Assembly: GCF_964204645.1 (NCBI RefSeq)
Contig: NC_134033.1
Span: forward strand, 10,672,655 to 10,736,654
Length of the DNA stretch: 64,000 nt
Source: Tubulanus polymorphus
Lineage: Eukaryota; Animalia; Nemertea
Direction: 5' to 3'
Position 1 is the first letter of the stretch. Each line of letters opens with the position of its first letter. Made by a program: the position numbers and the translations under genes. The notes beneath the pieces were generated by a model. The model searched no databases. It was not told the DNA's origin and saw only the letters and a program-made list of their open reading frames with translations. Positions 52,533 through 64,000 of this stretch are shown here, in pieces.

Positions 52533-53850
52533 AATGACTTACCAATAAAATACACAGCTGGTATACGTATATGTATGAAATGAGATACACTGGGGCCAGA
52601 TTTTTAGCGTGTAACCACTAGGGATATCGTATGGGAACTCATAGACTCTACCGTAATATATGTGATCTACTTTTTATCCCAATATTTACTTGCGAGTTCC
52701 TGTTTTGGAATCTTGTTTCATGTTCTATACTAGTTGTACTTTCTTATACCAATCGAAATATTGCCTTACTGACTGGTGACCAGTTACCAGCGGCGGATCC
52801 AGCATTTCAGGGAAGGGTTGCACAAATTAGGAAGGAGAGTCTGTGGGTCCCCCCCAGAAAATATTCTGAAATTAGATGCACGGAGACGCGTTCTAGGCAC
52901 GATCGGAATACGTCCGACCCGGAACCAGTCCAGTCATTCAACCAAACGCAGCAATGAACATCGATGAAACGCCATGAACTAGAGGACAGCCGAGAAAAGC
53001 GTCGGTAAACGACGACGACAACGCTTATTAGGCCAAGACATTTTCAGGAATTTTTCAGATGAGCTTTTTCTTCTTTCTCACTAAAAGGTCAGTCCCTAAA
53101 AATAGCAAGGACTTTACGGGGGGTGGCAGGTGCCCCCTGTGCACCCTCTGGATCCGCCGCTGGTTACTACACCTGGCTGGTCACCGGTCACAACACCTGA
53201 CTCGTCACCAGTAACCACACCAATCGGACAAACTTTCAAACTGGGGCAATTACTATTCGTCAATGGTCTAGTGGGTACGCTTGGATGGCATGCTGAAGGT
53301 TGCAAGCTCGCGCCCTGCCAGGTTTAGGGAAACGGCCGGCTATAGTTAGTCAGTGACATGCTGGTGTCATTGACTAGCTTGGTTTGGGTTTAACGACTCT
53401 TTTTTTTAAGAATATTGTCACTATTTGGAAACCTGCCAATGTCTCTTCATTATGATTGCGTTTAACTGTTGAAATCCTCGCTGTTATTTTGCACTATTAC
53501 ACAATAACGTCTTTCGGCGAACACTTCTCTTTCAATCGTAGATCGACTGAGAATCTATTTCGGTTCTAGTTCCAGAACCTGTTTTTTGTTATTTTGTTCT
53601 TCAATTATCACAACATTCAAAGAGTATTTGTTCACTCGACACGAATAAAACGTCATTCGACGAACAATTTTCTTTGAATCTTTCAGGGATCGACTGAGAA
53701 TGTATTTTTATCTATCGTAGTCAATACCGTCGTCAACTTGTTTACTGCGGTTTTGTTGTTGAAACTAAGAGTTACATATTTGCTGAAATAATAATACGTG
53801 AATTTGCTACCATTTCGGTGTCAACAGTTCTGCAAATAAGACGCGTTACG

Positions 53851-55729
53851 ATGAAGATCTACCAAGCTGTCTGTCTGCTGGCTGTTTGTCTGTCATGTGA
53901 GTATCATATATTGTCAAAAATACATATTTTGATATTATTCATCATATGAATGGGATCCGGTTGCTTGGAGTTGCAGGTAGGTGCAAGCTCCCTGGTCAAA
54001 GTAAACCACAACTGACATATTATCATAGTGACTTATAAGTGCGTTTGAAAATGCTTGAGTGACGTAGGGCTATCGATCTAAGGTTTAACAAAATTCAACA
54101 CACTTCTTTTAAACATACCTTTGAGAGATACGCACCGAAAAATCCGTTCGTTTTACCCCGTCAAAATTCAAGTAAAATTCTATGAACTATGAACAGGTTC
54201 CAGCCTTAAAACTACTATGCCGACCTAAGATGTTCAGTGAAATGGTGGTACGCAGTGGGAGACCCCTTTTGCGCTTAATCTCAAACTCAAGCGGGTACAG
54301 ATCCGTCGTCAGGAAAGATATTCAAAAGATCTTAACGCAGGCTTAAACTGCAAATAACCCTCTTTAACCTCTGTGAAAAAAAGGAAATATAGCTTCAAGA
54401 CATACTTAGATATTTCAAAATTTATAAATATTGCGATTTCTTTTACGCACGGTTAAGATATGCGGTCCTTGGTTTCACATCGTCACTGTTCTCAATTGTT
54501 TCCGGCCCCTTAACCTTTTAATCAACTTGAATTCGTAAATTTAATCGATCTCTGTGCTGCACCGGAACGACCATGTATTTCTAATGTATTTCTATTTTAT
54601 GATATGTTTATTTTTCGCAGTTGCGGCAGCAAAGGACTGCTTCAAGTGTATCAGCGTTGAGTCCAGTACTAGCACCGGCTTGACTAAAAATACCGTCGTC
54701 ACAATAACAACTTTGAGAAACCTACTGGATAAAGCGACGTCACTAACAAGCGCGGAGAGGAGCGCTTTGGAAACTATGTTGAACTATTTTCTGACCACAT
54801 ATGCCAGCTACGCCTGCGATCCGGCTGAGAGGTTGAAGAAGGACAAAGGAAAACCTGCTAAAACTTGTAAAGCGTCTGGGAGCTGGTGCAGGGTAAGTAC
54901 CGATGATGTGAGGTTTTTGAGCGCGACTCAGGGCGGACATCCCTGCCAATCAGACGCTTCACATGAAGTATTAGCGCCGCTTATGAATAAACCAGCGACA
55001 CTGTTCATCAAATTTTAAATAATGATCTATATCACTGTGGGATTCGACCCTAATAGAAACTACAGCGACGCCCAATTACCGTGATGTGTCCTCCATAGCA
55101 GGATACCCGCCTTCGGATTGATGTTGAGACATCAACATATCAGCGTCACTCCCAAAACGGCCAATGGTTTACTAATTTCCTACTGAATTCAATGCATCCT
55201 TGTGATCATTCACATTTTAAACTATGCTAAAAACTTTCCCGGGGTTATTTAGGACCAAAGAATTGTCACATCAACACAAAACACCCCGCCCAATGACCGC
55301 GATTCGTCCTCCAAAAACGCTCCAACCAATTCATATAGTAATCTAGATCTAAATGTGTATTATTTTATTTTTCAGATGTCATCAATGGACATCCAGTTGC
55401 CGAACAGCAAGTCAGTGCACATCAACGTTCACGGATGTTGGTCGCAGATTTCCGGTTTAACCGGCTACACGGCGCTGACTTGCGATGCTATGAAGAAAAA
55501 CTCGAAGGGCAAAGACAAAAAGAAATGCAAAAAAGACAAAACGGACGGTTACTGCCACGCCGGCTCCAAGTACTTCTACACGCAGAATAAATACAACAGT
55601 TTGGTGCAAATTCAACAGATGTGCTGTCACGCTAATCTGTGCAACTACGCGCGCGGATCCGCGGCGATTCCTGCTATCAGTAGCAGTTTAATCTTCGTTA
55701 CGTCACTTTTTTCTTTATTCAAATTTTAG
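53851..55729 (+). CDS. GPI-anchored Ly6/uPAR (three-finger, LU/quiver-like) protein, 223 aa; CDS join(53851..53896,54621..54892,55376..55729)
   Basis: Signal peptide MKIYQAVCLLAVCLSFAAA, N-terminal CxxC, C-terminal CCHANLCN, then small residues and a hydrophobic tail; canonical splice sites with consistent phases (1, 0). Confidence 0.9.
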
Positions 55730-56159
55730 AGAATCGTTGAAAATCTTTAGTACCCGTTTCGACAGTTCTCCATAGTTAGAATTAGACCCTCGAGTTGAAA
55801 CATCGAAAATAAATCCCGATCAGTCGCTTGCCGCTGGTTCGGGTTGGATGAAAGATTGTCTGAACGAACCGTAACCAAAATATCTAATTATATTTTTACA
55901 TATTTCTATTTGTACGGTGAATTCTGTTATACCGACCAGCATCCATCCACCATGAACTCCGACTATATCACTCTGTTATTTCGATTTCCGATTTCAAATT
56001 CAAACCCTCTGTATCGCCTCCGGCAGGTGTGACTGGTCGAAGGGTATATACGCGACACACCAAATAAGCATCAAATCTAACGACCAAATGTCTAGGAGAA
56101 AGACAGTCAGGATCACAACATGAACTACATTTACTGTAGTTCCTTTAACAGAGAACTGT

Positions 56160-56570
56160 GGAACAGGGTCCTTGCACATTAATGGCTTAGGTCTAAGACC
56201 GAACTATGACCACCTTTGCTTTATAGCCAATCTATCAGCTTAAGACCAGCCTAAATTCATGTTGGTTCTATATAACCAATCTTACAACTTAAGACCAGTC
56301 TAAGCTCATTTTGGTTCTATAACCAATACCATTTTAGACCAGTCTAAGAACATTTTGGATCTTAGTCAATCTAACAACTTAGAACCAGTCTAGGCTCAAT
56401 TTGGTTCTACAACCAATCTAACAATTTAGAACAAGCTATCTAAGTTCATTTTGGTTCTATAACCAACCTAACCACTTATGACCAATCTAAGCTCATTGGT
56501 TCTACAGCCAATCTATCAACCAGTCATAAGATTTAAGACCGCTTCTTTTCTACTTAAGTGACGACTGTAG
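56160..56570. repeat. 44-bp satellite within a MITE
   Basis: About 7-8 units. Confidence 0.9.
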
Positions 56571-57039
56571 AACTTCGTCCTGATGTTGTTAATATTTTAC
56601 TTTAGCCTCCAATACACGATATATACGCATTAACACCTAACATCTGGTTCCATTCACAAATAGATGATAATTAATTTTATTGATTGCTGCGTGCCTTTTT
56701 ACCTGACCATTTGCTCAAACGCTATTTTGTATCCTTTCTACGTTTTATTCTTCAAAGCAATAAATTCATTTCTGCAACGCGCATACATTACATAGACTAT
56801 ATTTACTTTTTTCTAAAGATGTCTTGATCGCGACACCCGTGCGCCGAGGCACGTGTCGCGACCTCAGATTTTTAAAGATATTCCATTAGTATTTCAATCA
56901 GACTTCAGCGAAGCGGCTGAATTCGTTAAATGGATTCAATTTACGGCAAGTCACACGAATGAGTCGAGTAGAAAGGGAGGAGAGAAAGAGCGGATATACC
57001 ATCCATATTTCCCGAAAATAACACATTCAAGATAGTCAG

Positions 57040-58143
57040 ATGATGTCGGCCGAAGGAGAGACAAGTAATACAACTATATCGGAATACGGATTATCCGCTA
57101 CTACCGGTTATAACCGGTTTAATCCACATCCCAGGTGTAAATTCATTCACTACTCCGACTATAAACCGTTCTACTTGAACACGTTTTACCAGGCGAGTAA
57201 TTACGTCACTTCCGCTGCAGCGATCGTCGGAGTCGTCTGCAACACTTTAGCCTACGTCGCGTTGTCGTCGTCGAATCACCGCGCGAATACTAGTATTCTG
57301 TATCTGAAATACCTCGCCGTATTCGACGTGTTCTCCTGCGCGTCGTATTTGGTTTTCAATTTCCAGAAGGAATTGTACAACCACACTCTGTTACTGGACA
57401 TGTCTTCGAAGATAAACCACGCGATGAAGCGCGCGTCCGTACACACGCAAAATTCCATGTTATTTTTTACGAAATTGAACGATTTGATCGTCGTCATAAT
57501 CGCTATAGATAGATATATCGTCGTGTGCTGGCCGTTACGGGCAAAATCAATCGTCACGAACAAACGCGCTCGCGTCAAAATTACGGTTTTGTTTCTGGTG
57601 ACTTTCGCGTGCGGCTGGACGAACTGGGTCCGGTACACGACTCGTAGGTCGACAAACCCGTGCACCGGTCACGAACGCTGGACGCAGAAACTAACGCCCC
57701 TCGCCAAGAACCTCTACGTGAAATATTACGATTTGTTCGTAACCCGTACGATCATGACGATCGTGCCTACTGTTTTGTTGTCGTGTTCGACGACCAGGCT
57801 GATATTCACGTTGAAAAAAGCCCGAAAACAACGACAGAATTTGTCGGGGACGAGTTTTAAAAAGGGAACCAGCGACGAAAGGAGTTTAACGCTAACTCTG
57901 ATTCTAATATCGTGCGTATTTCTGTTGAAACAGGTTTTTTCACTGCAGGCTTCTGTCAGTAATCTAGTAGTTCTGTATACAGGTACCCCGGGACGAACTA
58001 AGGCCACCCCTTATCTGAACGGATTCAGAAATTTGTCGAGGATGATTTTAGCTACGTTTAATTTCGTTATTTACTGCGCGTCGAGGCGCCGCTTTCGGCA
58101 CAAAGTGGAACTAATTCTATGCGCGGCTTGTAAAAAGATGTAA
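57040..58143 (+). CDS. Intronless class A (rhodopsin-like) GPCR, FMRFamide-receptor-like/Srw-like orphan, 367 aa
   Basis: Seven hydrophobic segments; TM1 GVVCN, TM2 YLKYLAVFD, TM3 IAIDRYIVVCWPL, TM7 NFVIY then RRRFR helix 8; intact ORF. Confidence 0.93.
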   Translation: MMSAEGETSNTTISEYGLSATTGYNRFNPHPRCKFIHYSDYKPFYLNTFYQASNYVTSAAAIVGVVCNTLAYVALSSSNHRANTSILYLKYLAVFDVFSCASYLVFNFQKELYNHTLLLDMSSKINHAMKRASVHTQNSMLFFTKLNDLIVVIIAIDRYIVVCWPLRAKSIVTNKRARVKITVLFLVTFACGWTNWVRYTTRRSTNPCTGHERWTQKLTPLAKNLYVKYYDLFVTRTIMTIVPTVLLSCSTTRLIFTLKKARKQRQNLSGTSFKKGTSDERSLTLTLILISCVFLLKQVFSLQASVSNLVVLYTGTPGRTKATPYLNGFRNLSRMILATFNFVIYCASRRRFRHKVELILCAACKKM

Positions 58144-58229
58144 GCTCTTCGTGTCAATGAATACGCCTCGTGTGCACATAGTCTGATGACTGAGACCAGA
58201 TTCATCGTTGTCTAAACTCAATATGATTC

Positions 58230-58475
58230 TATAGCCAACCCAATAACTTGAGACCAGTCTATGCCCATTTTGGTTCTATAACCAATGTAACAACTTAAGA
58301 CCAGTCTAAGCTCATTTTGGTTCTACAGCCAATCATACACCAAGTTAAGACCAGTTCAAGCTCATTTTTGGTTCTAAACCAATCTAACACGACATTGAGA
58401 CCGGTCTAAGCTCAATTTGGTTCTATAACCAATCTATACAATGTAAGACCAGTCTTAGCCCAATTTGGTTCTAAC
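58230..58475. repeat. 44-bp satellite
   Basis: About 5 units. Confidence 0.9.
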
Positions 58476-61285
58476 TAAAGACGCCGGTTGTGAAAAAAAA
58501 ATAATTTTGAAAAAAAAACGAGAACAAATATAAATTTGGGTCGAATATAGAATTCAATGGAATCAGAAGCTGTAAAATGTTTTACACGTAGGCACTATTG
58601 GTATCGGATCAGAAATCTGATTAGACTCGTCGAAAAATTCAGGGGCCAGATCCAGCCGCAGACGACAGCACGAGTATGTAAATATGACATTTTTAACTGA
58701 AAAAGGCACAGTAATCCACGAGAAGAGCAAGCTGCAAACGAGGCCAAGTGTACGGGTTTGAAAGGTTTTAAGATTTCAGTGTATTCTAATGAACGTGAGT
58801 GACATAAGAGGGAATATGAGGTAATTTACGCGTTGAAAACGACCAAAAATTATATAAATGGAAAAATTGTCTTCAACCTTGTAATGTATAGTTACTTCAA
58901 AATCTCGATGTATTGAATTAAGGCAGCCAACAAAAGTGACCCCGACCAAATTTTGAATTTTGAATTTTGAAATTTTCAATTATGTACTTCGATTTAAATA
59001 AAAAATTCTGTAGACTCGAATGCCAATCACACGACTTGTCCATTTTTCGATTACCGATATCAAAATCTATCAAAATCAAGCCCCCTGTTTCGTTCCCGGC
59101 CCACCTGGTGCGGTGGGTTTATACCAAATCAAAAAAAATCAAATGAAATCTATCAATCAAATAGATAACAGGGTGAATTCCTATTCCAAGATAAGGGAAA
59201 AATAACACGCGAATCTTGGGTCCAACAGCCTTCTGTCCTAGTTTCAATGCGCTGTGGTCGGCGCCGGGCCCGCAAAACTCGTAAATGCAATAGTGTACCG
59301 GGAGGTGGCGGCGCTGTTTGCGACTAGGGATACTAAAAGTGTAAACAAATGCAGTGGTGCCATGTGGTGTGAAAGCACATGGTCTCCTTGCCGCATGACA
59401 GTTAGGCGCTAACAAGCGCGGGGAACGAGCGGCTCAACTTACCGTACAACACGCGCGCCTCATCGAATGGATTAATATCTCGAGCGGATTAACAACCGGA
59501 TTAACAGTTGGATTAGTAAACGGATCATATTTATTAGCAGAACCGGTGTCGGCAAGATGCCGAAGCGTAAATTCGGCGAAGACGACGACCGCGTCTGTGA
59601 TCAGACTGTACCGTTACCGATACAAACATTTCTCTGGGGTCAAACCAGGTAATCGTTTTGAGAATTGATTTATGTATAATATAGCGCGCAATGAGTATGA
59701 AATATATTTGCAACTTTTTAAGATTTAAAAAGGTATTAGAATTGTTTGAAATAGATCGGTTAACCAGGAAGGAAGGGTCGTGGAAGAAAGGGCGCTCGCG
59801 CATCCACCGCACCGGGTCAAAAAGACAAAACGAGTCTGTTGTTAACGAATCGTTGGTGGTGAAAGCTTTCATGAGCTTGGTTATATTCGTGTGGGCTTAG
59901 TGAAAATATTTGATTGTGAAACATAAACCACAGACTCGGGTTAGACTACCGACGGACTAGGTTTCTTGTGGCTTACTGAATGTATTTGTATCCCGTAGTA
60001 GTGTTGAAATATCACCACGCAGAGCTCTGTATACTATAACTAGGCCTAGATATTGTACACTGAAGCCGCATGATTCGCATGTATCAAAGTAGGTCATTTT
60101 TAACTCTGCTGCGCTATTAAGAGCGAAACCGCAGGGATTTGTCACTATTGGTAGTGAATGAATAAAACCACTATCAATGACCAACCCCAGTAAACCCTAT
60201 ATGATAAAAAAATGTTGTTTTTTTTTTATTATACATGGATACTGGGGTTGGATATTGAGTGGGTGTGTATTTAGATGAGGTGGAACTTATTTGAGCTGGT
60301 GATTGCGAGCGCGTATTTCATACCGATTCTGACCTGCGAGCGAAACCAACATCATCCTCAACATTGATTCAGGGTTCTTTTCACTGTCAAAAACAATTCC
60401 AGAAAAATCATTTTGCCCAAAAAAGGTCACATCCAGTAGAGTATCCTCGTCAGAGCCCAATTCCAAACGACTATGGACAGCACATAGTTTTTGAAAAAAA
60501 TCTTAACCTGTTTTAAGTAAATAAAAAAGACTGATTTAGAAGATTGATTTTTCCCCGTCAAAAACAACCCCTGGAAATTTATAGTTGCCCAGAAATTTTT
60601 ATTGGTTTTTAAACAAATAGTTTTTTTTTGTTGAACCTATTACAGTTCAAAGTGTCAGACAATCCTGAGGATATCATTCATTTAACTTCTTTTTCAGTCC
60701 ATTTATCAGGCCCAAATTAGGCAAATTGAAGTTAGGCAAGCTATGCGAGGCATCGTGTCTGGTAAGTAGAATTTACAACGCCTTATTCTATATTTTGGGA
60801 TCCCGACGCCTACCGACTAGTCGTAAGCCGTATCCGGCTAGTTGCCCATGTTCTACTCCGGCCTACGGTAGGCGGACAGTTGCTTTCAATCGCAACCGAC
60901 ATAAGCTGAAAAGTAACTGGGAGGATCTCGTATCCCGCTAGTCGACCTCAGTTGCTGCGAATCGGAGCGCAGTCGACATAAGCTGGGCTGCGATTGCAGT
61001 TGCTCACGGTTGATCCGGTAGGCGTCGCATTGCTTGTCGACATAAGCCAGCCTTTAGATGGAAAATGATGCCGATAATCCCCGATTCGTTTTAAGTTTCT
61101 GGGGGGGGGCATTGTTGTGTACCACAGACAGCGTCTCTTTAGTATTGAAAGGGCCATGACGATAAAACCAGCCCAATTTCTACTTGATAAAGATTATCAC
61201 GCGCAGTTAAACAAACACATAATCATAATGGAATTAAACGATACACTTTATTTACAAACTCCACGTAGGAAAGTACGGGGTTAAT

Positions 61286-61431
61286 TTAGCTTTCCGTTGC
61301 TGATTCAGCAGGCCCTGGAGTGAACTTGATTAAAAACTCGACAGAACGAAGTACATCCATTTCGCTGTGCAGTGTCCTCTTGTACGTAAACAGTGACTTT
61401 GCCATGCGCCCGACAGGACGTACGCTCGGAC
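61286..61431 (-). CDS. Candidate terminal exon of an unidentified gene (PSVRPVGRMAKSLFTYKRTLHSEMDVLRSVEFLIKFTPGPAESATES*)
   Basis: T-rich acceptor TTTTTCAATTTTTCCAAAAATAG; open phase-1 frame to TAA; AATAAA 34 nt downstream; no family recognised. Confidence 0.3.
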
Positions 61432-62216
61432 CTATTTTTGGAAAAATTGAAAAATACGAACTTCATTAAAACGCCCAAAAAGCCAGATGGGGGGGAGTTG
61501 ACGTAAGATCTTTGAATAAAACATGAATCTCGATTTTTACCAGTGCTAGTAGCGCTAGTCCCAAAAAAATTTTGACCCCTCATCGGTGTTCTTAGTTAAG
61601 GCTTTCTCGTGAATTTTGAGGTATGTTGAAATATGCCGTTTTGAGCCCCGCCGATTCCCTCCAAAATGCACCCGATGGTGTCTATTTTCTTAAAGAGCCC
61701 CCTAGTAGCGATGATTTTGGGGCCGTACGCGTCAAAATTTGTTTAAAAAATTCATCGAAAAAATTCATCCGTAGGAACGATACAAATCTCATTTCGTAAT
61801 TCTAGTGAATATTAATCTCTTGCTAATGACACTAAATTCACTAAACAGTGTTTACCGTAGCAAAACACATTCTGGAGGAATTTCATCGAATTTTGTTTTT
61901 GTACTAAAGTACACCTGCGTTTCGGTGCATCGTTATTCGCATTATTCTATTCGAAATATCGAATAAATGAGTGAATTTAAGCGAAGATAGATGAAAGACC
62001 TATATATGGGTCGGCTGTGGCTGCGACAGGGAGGGGCGACCGGGCCGGTTGTATCCGATCAGGAATATATTTTTCATACGCGCGAGATGAACGACGAGTT
62101 TATAATAAGCTCTCTCGATTTTTCGACGACTCTAAAAATTCGAATTCATTTATTCGCCATGAATCAAAATCAAGAGTACTACGTGATTACGAATAAGAAA
62201 AGCAAAAGCAGAAAGG

Positions 62217-62355
<139 letters not shown>

Positions 62356-62939
62356 TAATTATATTTTTACGTGGTATTTATTTACAAGTCTATGATCTAA
62401 AAACTTTGCGATCTTTAAGAAAATCGGTTCGTTAGAATTGATAAAGGCCAAATGCGAAGTGTCTAGGTTTTAGATTTACGACGTTATGTAATTCTTAGGT
62501 CATCTCCGAGTTTACGGTATCCAAGAAAATGAGTTTCATTGGGTTACAGTTGATTGAGATCAAAATCTGAAATGAATCTGAAATACACTTGCACATGATG
62601 ATGAGTGCTAAAAGTACTGTATTATAGTACTATAGGGGTTTATACAGTACGCACTACAGATCTACCACGCAGCTGTTGGCTGTATACACCAGACCACATC
62701 GCATCTCAACCCCTGAACTACAAATATTAACATCTGCATCATAAAACATTCTACTATCAGGTCGTAACATCTAATAAACGGATAGAACAGATTCTTCCGC
62801 GCCGATGATGATATTTTTAATCCGTCAATAATTTGTTTGTAATTGATTTAGAGCACTGCAGCGATAGTTTTGAGTTGATTGATGTTATCAATTTCAAGTA
62901 ACAGGGGGTTTGAGCAGTTTTAATTATCAGGTTAATCGA

Positions 62940-63200
62940 TCCGTTTCAATTGACCTGTTTCAATCTGTTTGGTAGGACCTGTGTCAGTTGACCTGTTTGA
63001 AATGACCTGTTTCAATTCAACTGTTTGAAATAACCTGTTTCAATTGACCTGTTTGATAGGACCTATTTGGTTGACCTGTTTGAGTTGACCTATTCGAGTT
63101 GACCTGATTGAGCTGACTTGATTTGACCTATTCGAGTTGACCTGTTTGAGCTGACCTGTTTCAGTTGACCCTTTTTGAGTTGACCTGTCCGAGCTGATCT
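62940..63200. repeat. ~15-bp tandem repeat (GTTGACCTGTTTGA)
   Basis: Direct reading. Confidence 0.85.
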
Positions 63201-63204
63201 CATT

Positions 63205-63440
63205 TTAACTCTCCGTCTGAGTTAACTGTAACTCACGACTGTGCAACTGGATCTTGAGTTCATGGTTAACTCTCAACTCACAACTATGCAACTGGATGTT
63301 GAGTTCACGGTTAACTCTAAACTCACAACTGTGGAAATCGACCCTGGATCCAGAGTTCACAGTTAACTCTCAACTCACAACTGTGCAACTGGATCCTCAG
63401 TTAACAGTTAACACTTAACTCAAAACTGCAACTGGATTGA
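63205..63440. repeat. ~45-50 bp tandem repeat (GTTAACTCTCAACTCACAACTGTGCAACTGGATC) derived from a MITE end
   Basis: About 5 units; related to 33110-33165 and 6860-6930. Confidence 0.8.
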
Positions 63441-63739
63441 GAAGCTGTGTTATTTACGGGTCGAATGAGTGCGTTCCACTTTAGTGCGATATTTTCAATC
63501 GACGAAATTTAGCAAGGATTGATTTATTTCAGGACGTCGTTTTCTGTGTTGAATATTAATGATTTTTTTGTGAAAACGAATCATCCTTAACAGCGGTTTA
63601 TCCGAACCTGTTTTCAGCCGTTGATAAAAGCGAAAACAAATATTTTGATTTGTTGAAGAAATACGCGCGTTTTTTTGTCAAAATATGCCGTCAGTAGTTT
63701 TAAATGTCAAAGTTTGCTTCGCGAATAATATGAATTCAT

Positions 63740-64000
63740 ACCAATTATAAGGGATGGGTTTTTACCCTACAGGGACTATAGTATTTAAGTTCATCGTTTT
63801 ATTTCTTGATTTTGTCTGAACCAAATATAGAGATGGGTTTTATACCTTTTTAGGGGATTTTACCAATTGTAGGGAAGGGTTTTGTACCTTTTTAAAGGGA
63901 TTTTAAACCAAATTATGGGGAAGGGTTTTATACCTTGTTGTTAGGGATTATAAACCAATTATAGGGAAGGGTTTTATACCTTTTTAGGAATTTAGGGAAG
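63740..64000. repeat. ~45-bp tandem repeat (ACCAATTATAGGGAAGGGTTTTATACCTTTTTAGGGA), runs off the window edge
   Basis: About 5-6 units. Confidence 0.85.

Overview
AT-rich, repeat-dense eukaryotic DNA from an invertebrate animal. It has GT-AG introns and metazoan gene families. A marine spiralian is plausible, but the species cannot be determined from the sequence. Bases 1 to ~27 kb contain no convincing coding exon, only micro/minisatellites, MITEs and hammerhead-like repeats. Bases 29-58 kb hold the genes, and I rebuilt the spliced models by hand from splice signals. (1) A Penelope-like GIY-YIG fragment with an intact minimal hammerhead ribozyme. (2) A secreted 404-aa block-copolymer Gly/Pro/His/Met-rich protein (- strand). 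(3) Two decayed SLC22 transporter copies beside a CACTA/EnSpm-like end. (4) The top finding, absent from the ORF track: a complete 3-exon gene (- strand, CDS 42400-42673) for a 63-aa signal-propeptide-mature precursor. Its 33-aa six-Cys peptide GISCTCRGRAGTYWFWSFNQSCCRSFMGKCCPN looks like a miniaturised sea-anemone APETx/BDS/anthopleurin-type beta-defensin-fold toxin. (5) A GPI-anchored Ly6/uPAR three-finger protein with unusual inserts, plus its tandem pseudogene. (6) An intronless class A GPCR. No database searches were run, so family calls rest on recognised motifs.
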